The notes below the pieces were generated by a model. It was not told the DNA's origin and searched no databases. It worked only from the letters and a program-made list of their open reading frames with translations. 64,000 bases of DNA from the NCBI GenBank assembly GCA_965242525.1, contig OZ251459.1:3264001-3328000 (forward strand). The letters run 5' to 3'. A program made the translations under genes and the position numbers. This DNA comes from an uncultured Candidatus Binatia bacterium. GTDB lineage: Bacteria > Desulfobacterota > Binatia > UBA9968 > JAJDTQ01. Below are positions 58,015 to 64,000 of the stretch, piece by piece; the first letter of the stretch is position 1; each line of letters begins with the position of its first letter.

Positions 58015-59148
58015 TCATCCCTCCGCGGCACCGACCCGGATCCGGGCGCCCGTGTCCGCGGACCGGGCGATGGCGTGGATGACGCGCTCGAACCGCAGCG
58101 CCGCGGCGAAATCGGGGGCGGCCGGCGCGCCGGCCGCAATCGCCTTCAGGAAGTTGGCCGCCTCGATGGTCTTCAGGTCGTTGAAGCCCAGTCCGTGGCC
58201 GGGGGCCGGGCAGAAGCTGCCGAACGGCTCGTGCTCCGGTCCCATGAGTATGGTCCTGAAACCGCGGTCACCCTCGGGTCCGTCGTTGCGGTAGAGCCGG
58301 AGCTCGTTCATGCGCTCCTGGTCCTGGAGCAGCATACCGGCGTCCCCGTGGAGCTCCCACGCCAGGTGGTTCTTTCGCCCCCACGCCGCGCGCGACGACG
58401 AGACCACCCCGGTCACGCCGCTCTCGAACGAGACCAGTGCGGACGCCGCGTCCTCGTTCTCCACCGCCCGGCGGCCCCCGTGGTCCCCGGCGGGTCGGGT
58501 GGCGTAATGGATCCGGCAGTCGGCAAGGACGCTGTCGATGGGGCCCAGCAAGCCGTCCGCCATGCTCACCAGATGGCACATCAGGTCCCCGAGGGCCCCG
58601 AGGCCGGCCTCGGCCCTGGCCGACCGCCATGTCCACGGCAGGTTCGGGTCGGCCTGGTAGTCCTCGTCGTACACGCCGCGAAAGAACAGCGGTCGTCCGA
58701 TGGCCCCGGACCGGGCCAGCGCCCGCGCGTGCCGGAACAGGGGGTTGCACAGGTAACTGTAGCCGACGATGGTCCTGCCCTCGGCCTTGGCCGCGGCCGC
58801 GGCCATGCGCTCGGCCTCGTCCAGCGTCAAGGCCAGCGGCTTCTCGCAATGGACGTGCTTGCCCGCCTCCAGCGCGGCCAGCGCCATCTCGCAGTGGAGC
58901 CGGTTCGGCGTGGTGATGGAGACCAGGTGGACGTCGGGGTCGTCCACCACCGCGCGCCAGTCGTCGGTGGCCCTCTCGAAACCGCATTGCGCGGCATGGC
59001 GCTCGGCCGCGTCCGCCCGGCGGTCGCAGACCAGGACCAGGCGCAGCGTCAGCGGGGGGTCGAACACCGCGCCGACGGCGCGGTAGGCCAGGGTGTGGCA
59101 CTTGCCCATGAAGCCCGTGCCGATGAGGCCGACACCGATGGTCCGCAT
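58015..59148 (-). CDS. Gfo/Idh/MocA oxidoreductase (probable inositol dehydrogenase)
   Basis: GLIGTGFMG, TPNRLH, CEKPL, GALGDL..H, APGHGLGFNDLK; divergent from iol operon. Confidence 0.9.
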   Translation of the reverse strand: MRTIGVGLIGTGFMGKCHTLAYRAVGAVFDPPLTLRLVLVCDRRADAAERHAAQCGFERATDDWRAVVDDPDVHLVSITTPNRLHCEMALAALEAGKHVHCEKPLALTLDEAERMAAAAAKAEGRTIVGYSYLCNPLFRHARALARSGAIGRPLFFRGVYDEDYQADPNLPWTWRSARAEAGLGALGDLMCHLVSMADGLLGPIDSVLADCRIHYATRPAGDHGGRRAVENEDAASALVSFESGVTGVVSSSRAAWGRKNHLAWELHGDAGMLLQDQERMNELRLYRNDGPEGDRGFRTILMGPEHEPFGSFCPAPGHGLGFNDLKTIEAANFLKAIAAGAPAAPDFAAALRFERVIHAIARSADTGARIRVGAAEG

Positions 59149-59176
59149 GGCTTTCCTCCGGCGCACGGATGATTCC

Positions 59177-59286
59177 GGAACCCCCGATCCATCGGGACGG
59201 GGGGCAGGAGCGCGTCCTCCGACTCCGCTTCGCTACGCCCAAGACGAACCGGATGGGAGGGTGCGCCCCGATCGTTCGGAGGTTCC
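59177..59286. mobile_element. Degenerate family A MITE
   Basis: GGAACCCCCGATCCATCGGGAC...GATCGTTCGGAGGTTCC with decayed core. Confidence 0.72.
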
Positions 59287-59503
59287 TTCCTCCATTCTAA
59301 TGGAACGCCGCGGGTTGCCCAAGCCGGGGAACGTCCCGCGTCGTTCCGAACCGTGTCCGCCGGGGACGATTTTTGTATTTTCAATTCCGGCGGCAATCTC
59401 TATAATTGGGCCGTCACCGAGGCGTTCGGGACCTCGGTTCCAGCCGCCCGCCGGGGGACCGCCCCGCGGGCATGCGCGCATGGCGCGGGAAGGGAGGAAC
59501 ACC

Positions 59504-60454
59504 ATGAAATCCAAGTCTCTTGCATTGGCGGCCGCAGCGCTGATGGCCCTGGGCATGGCCGCGGCCCCGGGCGCCGCGCTGGCCGCGGGCGAAAAGCTCG
59601 TCCTCATCAGCCACGCGCCGGACAGCGACAGTTGGTGGAACACCATCAAGAACGCCATCGAGGTGGCGGGCGAGCAGATGGACGTGGAGGTCGATTACCG
59701 CAACCCGCCCACCGGCGACCTGGCCGACATGGCCCGCATCGTCGAGCAGGCTTCGGCGGCCGACCCGGTGGGCATCATCGTCACCATCGCCGACTTCGAC
59801 GTGCTCAAGGGGCCCATCACCGACGCGGTGGACAAGGGCATCCCGGTCATCACCATCAATTCGGGCACCAAGGAGCAGTCCGAGCAACTCGGCGCCCTGA
59901 TGCACGTGGGACAACCGGAATACGACGCCGGCTTCGGCGCCGGCAAGAAGGCCAAGGCCGCGGGGGTGGAGCAGTTCCTGTGCGTCAACCACTACATCAC
60001 CAACCCGGCGTCGGTGGAGCGGTGCCAGGGTTACGCCGACGCCCTCGGGGTGAAGCTCGGCGCCCAGATGATCGACAGCGGCCAGGACCCGGCCGAGATC
60101 AAGAACAAGGTGATGGCGTACCTGAACAGCAACCCCAAGGCCAACGGCATCCTGACCCTGGGGCCGACCTCGGCCCACCCGACCCTGGCCGCGCTGGAAG
60201 AGCTGGGTCTCGAGGGCGAGGTCCATTTCGCCACGTTCGACATCTCCGACGAGATCGCCGCGGCGGTCAAGGACGGAACCATCGCGTTCGCCATCGACCA
60301 GCAGCCCTACCTGCAGGGCTACATGCCGGTGGTGGTCCTCACGAACCTCGCCCGTTACGGGGTGTTGCCCTCGGGGCACATGAACTCCGGTCCGGGGTTC
60401 GTCACCAAGGCCAACATCGCCCTGGTCGAGAAGTACGCCGGCGAATACCGCTGA
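59504..60454 (+). CDS. Sugar (myo-inositol) ABC transporter substrate-binding protein
   Basis: Signal peptide; ISHAPDSDSWWN, GIPVITINSG, IDQQPYLQGY; iol context. Confidence 0.92.
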   Translation: MKSKSLALAAAALMALGMAAAPGAALAAGEKLVLISHAPDSDSWWNTIKNAIEVAGEQMDVEVDYRNPPTGDLADMARIVEQASAADPVGIIVTIADFDVLKGPITDAVDKGIPVITINSGTKEQSEQLGALMHVGQPEYDAGFGAGKKAKAAGVEQFLCVNHYITNPASVERCQGYADALGVKLGAQMIDSGQDPAEIKNKVMAYLNSNPKANGILTLGPTSAHPTLAALEELGLEGEVHFATFDISDEIAAAVKDGTIAFAIDQQPYLQGYMPVVVLTNLARYGVLPSGHMNSGPGFVTKANIALVEKYAGEYR

Positions 60455-60552
60455 TCGGAGGCTTCCCGACCCGGACAGGCTCCGGGGGCCAGCTCCGCCG
60501 CGGCCGCGGGCTGCGGCGGAGCCGCCGGACCGTCCATCGATTCATGCGACAG

Positions 60553-60686
60553 GGGACTCCGGACAATCGGGCAGGGGGCATGAGCGCGTCCTTCGACTTC
60601 CCTACGCTACGCTCAGGACGAACGGGGATGGGAGGGTCAGGGTGAGGGAGAATCCATCCTCCATGTCTCGATGGTCCGGACGTTTC
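60553..60686. mobile_element. Degenerate family A MITE inside ABC operon
   Basis: GGGACTCCGGACAATCGGG, core, GGGTCAGGGTGAGGGA, GATGGTCCGGACGTTTC. Confidence 0.78.
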
Positions 60687-60699
60687 GACAGGAGGGGTC

Positions 60700-61797
60700 A
60701 TGGCAGATGAACGTTTGAAGGAGATGTCAACGTTCCGCCGCGCGATGATCCGCCCCGAGCTGGGGGCCATCTGCGGCACGGTCCTGGTCTTCGTCTTCTT
60801 CCTGCTGGTGGCTGCCGACACCGGCATGTTCAGCCCGGAAGGGGCCATGAACTGGGGCGTGGTCTCGGCCCAGTTCGCCATCATTGCCGTCGGCGCGTGC
60901 CTGCTGATGATCGCGGGAGAGTTCGACCTGTCCGTGGGCTCCATGATCGGGTTCGCGGGCATCGTCATCGCCATCGTATCGGTCCAGTGGGGCTATCCCG
61001 TCTGGCTCGGGATCAGCTTGGCCTTCGCCATCGCCGTGGCGCTGGGGGCGCTGAACGGCTGGCTGGTCATCAAGACCGGCCTGCCGAGCTTCATCGTCAC
61101 CCTGGCGTTCCTCTACATCCTCCGGGGCCTCACCATCTTCCTGTCCATCGCCACCACCCGCAAGACCATCATCGGCGGCGTGAAGGACGCGGCGGAGGGG
61201 GACTGGCTGGCGCCGCTGTTCGGCGGCAAGATCTTCAACGGCCTGTTCGTCTGGCTGGCCGACCTGGGGATGATCGAGACCTTCACCCGGGGCCGCCGGG
61301 CCGGCGAGCCCATCGTGGACGGCATCCCCATGCTGATGGTGTGGGCCGTGGTGCTGGTCATCGCCGGGCACTGGTTGCTGACCCGCACCAGGTTCGGCAA
61401 CTGGATCTACGCCTCCGGCGGCGACGCGCAGGCCGCGCGCTACACCGGCGTGCCGGTGGACCGCGTCAAGATCCTGATGTTCATGTTCACGGCGTTCTGC
61501 GCCGCGGTGTTCGCCACCTGCCAGGTGATGGAGTTCGGCTCCGCCGCGGCGGACCGCGGCCTGCTGAAGGAGTTCGAGGCCATCATCTGCGTGGTCATCG
61601 GCGGCGCCCTGCTGACCGGCGGCTACGGCTCGGTGGTGGGCGCGGCGCTGGGCGCGCTGATCTTCGGCGTGGTCCAGCAGGGCCTCTTCTTCACGGGCGT
61701 GGAAAGCAGCCTGTTCCGCGTCTTCCTGGGCCTCATCCTCTTGCTGGCGGTGATCCTGAACACCTACATCCGCCGCATGATCACGGGAGAACGATGA
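60700..61797 (+). CDS. Sugar ABC transporter permease
   Basis: [40 protein letters not shown]. Confidence 0.95.
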   Translation: MADERLKEMSTFRRAMIRPELGAICGTVLVFVFFLLVAADTGMFSPEGAMNWGVVSAQFAIIAVGACLLMIAGEFDLSVGSMIGFAGIVIAIVSVQWGYPVWLGISLAFAIAVALGALNGWLVIKTGLPSFIVTLAFLYILRGLTIFLSIATTRKTIIGGVKDAAEGDWLAPLFGGKIFNGLFVWLADLGMIETFTRGRRAGEPIVDGIPMLMVWAVVLVIAGHWLLTRTRFGNWIYASGGDAQAARYTGVPVDRVKILMFMFTAFCAAVFATCQVMEFGSAAADRGLLKEFEAIICVVIGGALLTGGYGSVVGAALGALIFGVVQQGLFFTGVESSLFRVFLGLILLLAVILNTYIRRMITGER

Positions 61798-62615
61798 TGA
61801 GCGAACCCCTCGTGGAAATGCGTGACGTGCATACCGGCGACGACTCGTTGATCGAGTTGTCCGACATCGAGAAGCACTTCGGCGCGGTGATCGCCCTGGC
61901 GGGCGTATCGGTGGCGGTGTACCCGGGCGAATGCCACTGCCTGCTGGGGGACAACGGCGCCGGCAAATCGACCTTCATCAAGACCATGTCCGGGGTGCAC
62001 AAGCCCACCAGCGGCCGGATCCTCATGGGCGGCAAGCCGGTGACCTTCGAGAGCCCCCGGGACGCCATGCTGGCGGGTATCGCCACCGTCTATCAGGACC
62101 TGGCCATGATCCCGCTGATGTCGGTGACCCGCAATTTCTGGATGGGCCGCGAGCCCACCCGGGGTTTCGGGCCGTTCCGGTACATCGACTTCAGGAAGGC
62201 CAACGAGGTCACCATGTCGCGCATGGCCGAGATGGGCATCCGCCTGCGCGAGCCCACCCAGGCGGTGGGGACCCTGTCCGGCGGCGAGCGCCAGACGGTG
62301 GCCATCGCCCGCGCCGTCTATTTCGGCGCGAAGATCCTGATCCTGGACGAGCCCACGTCGGCGTTGGGCGTGCGACAGACCTCGAACGTCCTCGCCACCA
62401 TCGACCGCGTTCGCAAGACCGGCATCGGCGTGGTCTTCATCACCCACAACGTCCGCCACGCCATGGCGGTGGGGGACCGCTACACGGTCCTGAACCGGGG
62501 CGCCACCCTGGGCACCGCCAAGCGGGGGGAGATCCAGGCCGACGAACTCCAGGACATGATGGCGGGGGGACAGGAGCTGGCGGAACTCGAAGGCTCCCTC
62601 GGCGGCACCGTTTGA
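61794..62615 (+). CDS. Sugar ABC transporter ATP-binding protein
   Basis: [22 protein letters not shown]; ATGA overlap with permease. Confidence 0.95.
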   Translation: MMSEPLVEMRDVHTGDDSLIELSDIEKHFGAVIALAGVSVAVYPGECHCLLGDNGAGKSTFIKTMSGVHKPTSGRILMGGKPVTFESPRDAMLAGIATVYQDLAMIPLMSVTRNFWMGREPTRGFGPFRYIDFRKANEVTMSRMAEMGIRLREPTQAVGTLSGGERQTVAIARAVYFGAKILILDEPTSALGVRQTSNVLATIDRVRKTGIGVVFITHNVRHAMAVGDRYTVLNRGATLGTAKRGEIQADELQDMMAGGQELAELEGSLGGTV

Positions 62616-64000
62616 TGCGGCCGCTGGACGTGATCTCCATCGGGCGCTCCTCGGTGGACCTCTACGGCGGCCAGGTGGGCGGCCGCCTGGAAGACATGCG
62701 GACCTTCCGCAAGTACCTCGGGGGCTCGCCCGCCAACGCCGCCGCGGGCGCCGCGCGGCTGGGCCTCAAGTCGGCGGTCATCACGCGCGTGGGCGACGAG
62801 CACATGGGCCGCTTCGTCCGGGAGCAGCTACGGGCCGAAGGGGTGGACGTGCGCGGCGTCGTCACCGACCCGCACCGGCTCACCGCGCTGGTGCTGCTGG
62901 GCATCCGCGACCGGGAGCGGTTCCCGTTGATCTTCTACCGCGAGGACTGCGCCGACATGGCCCTGTCGCCGGACGACATCGACCCGGACTTCATCGCCGA
63001 GGCCCGCTGCGTCCTGGCCTCCGGCACCCACCTGTCGCATCCCCGGACCGAGGCCGCCACCCTGCGGGCCCTCGACTTGGCGCGCCGGTCGGGGGCGAAG
63101 ACGGTCCTGGACATCGACTACCGGCCCAACCTGTGGGGCCTCTCCGGGCACGGGGACGGGGAGAACCGCTTCATCGAGTCCGCGGCCGTGACGGCCCGGC
63201 TGCAAGCGGTGCTGCCGCGGTTCGACGTGGTGGTCGGCACCGAAGAGGAGTTCCGCGTGGCGGGGGGCGCGTCCGACACCATCAAGGCCCTGGCCGGGGT
63301 GCGGAAGGTGTCCGAGGCCACGCTGGTGTGCAAGCGCGGCGCCGCGGGCGCCGCGGCGTTCGAGGGGGCCATCCCCGAAAGCCTCGACGAGGGCATCGGC
63401 GGAGAGGCGTTCGAGGTGGAGGTGTTCAACGTCCTGGGCGCCGGCGACGGCTTCATGGCCGGACTCCTCAAGGGCTGGCTTTCGGGGGAGGACTGGGCCG
63501 GGACCCTGCGCATGGCCAACGCCTGCGGCGCGCTGGCGGTCTCGCGCCACGGCTGCACGCCGGCGTACCCCAGCCTGGTCGAGCTGCGCGACTTCCTGGA
63601 GAACGGGGCGTCCACGCCGGCCGTGCGGCAGGACCCGCGGCTGGAGCAGCTCCATTGGGCCACGAACCGGTCCCGGGAGTGGCCCGTCCTGCGCGTGTTC
63701 GCCTTCGACCACCGGGCGCAGTTCGAGGCCATGGCGGGCGCCGGGGCGGACCGCATCGGCGCGTTCAAGGGCCTGTGCCTGGAGGCGGCGCTGGGCGTGG
63801 CCGATGGCCGCCGCGGCTACGGGATCCTGTGCGACCACCGCCTGGGCCGTGACGCGCTCCATGCGGCCGCGGGAACGGGCCTGTGGATCGGCCGGCCGGT
63901 GGAGGCGCCCGGGGCCCGGCCGTTGCGGCTGGAGATCGGCGGCGACTTCGGCTCGGCGCTGGTGGAATGGCCCTCCGAGCACGTGGTCAAGGTCCTCTGC
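62615..64000 (+). CDS. iolC: 5-dehydro-2-deoxygluconokinase with C-terminal extension, 3'-truncated by window edge
   Basis: Read by hand: [57 protein letters not shown]; open to window end. Confidence 0.93.
   Translation, partial: MRPLDVISIGRSSVDLYGGQVGGRLEDMRTFRKYLGGSPANAAAGAARLGLKSAVITRVGDEHMGRFVREQLRAEGVDVRGVVTDPHRLTALVLLGIRDRERFPLIFYREDCADMALSPDDIDPDFIAEARCVLASGTHLSHPRTEAATLRALDLARRSGAKTVLDIDYRPNLWGLSGHGDGENRFIESAAVTARLQAVLPRFDVVVGTEEEFRVAGGASDTIKALAGVRKVSEATLVCKRGAAGAAAFEGAIPESLDEGIGGEAFEVEVFNVLGAGDGFMAGLLKGWLSGEDWAGTLRMANACGALAVSRHGCTPAYPSLVELRDFLENGASTPAVRQDPRLEQLHWATNRSREWPVLRVFAFDHRAQFEAMAGAGADRIGAFKGLCLEAALGVADGRRGYGILCDHRLGRDALHAAAGTGLWIGRPVEAPGARPLRLEIGGDFGSALVEWPSEHVVKVLC

Overview
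GC-rich bacterial chromosomal segment. No rRNA, tRNA, cas or integrase/transposase gene was recognised. Core modules: pilB-pilC-pilin, gentisate dioxygenase-like cupin, alr-purH-purD-purE-DUF1015, rubrerythrin-DUF3501-Fur/PerR, glutamate dehydrogenase, KamA-type radical SAM, a molybdopterin oxidoreductase, a yjbE/H/F/G-like exopolysaccharide export cluster, AbgB-like amidohydrolase, AlkA and a myo-inositol ABC transporter plus iolC. Accessory, more AT-rich DNA: a fused restriction-modification gene (5.2-7.5 kb), a defence-like island (21.5-34 kb, all minus strand from 23.5 kb) and a TPR-like / AAA_14-DUF4143 / TM0106 cluster (48.3-54.2 kb). Non-coding DNA is dense with two repeat families. Family A is a ~141-bp MITE with GGAACCTCTGAACAAT ends around a REP-like core (about 17 loci). 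Family B is a composite element: a 23-bp end motif, a purine-rich tract, degenerate CGTC half-repeats and a dRS3-like hairpin. The most striking structure is a complete family-B element (39429-40226) whose ~250-bp inverted arms enclose only a small GIY-YIG nuclease gene. An empty copy sits at 10773-11191, and lone end motifs mark the starts of foreign-looking gene blocks. This suggests a possible nuclease-driven REP/cassette-capture system (inference).
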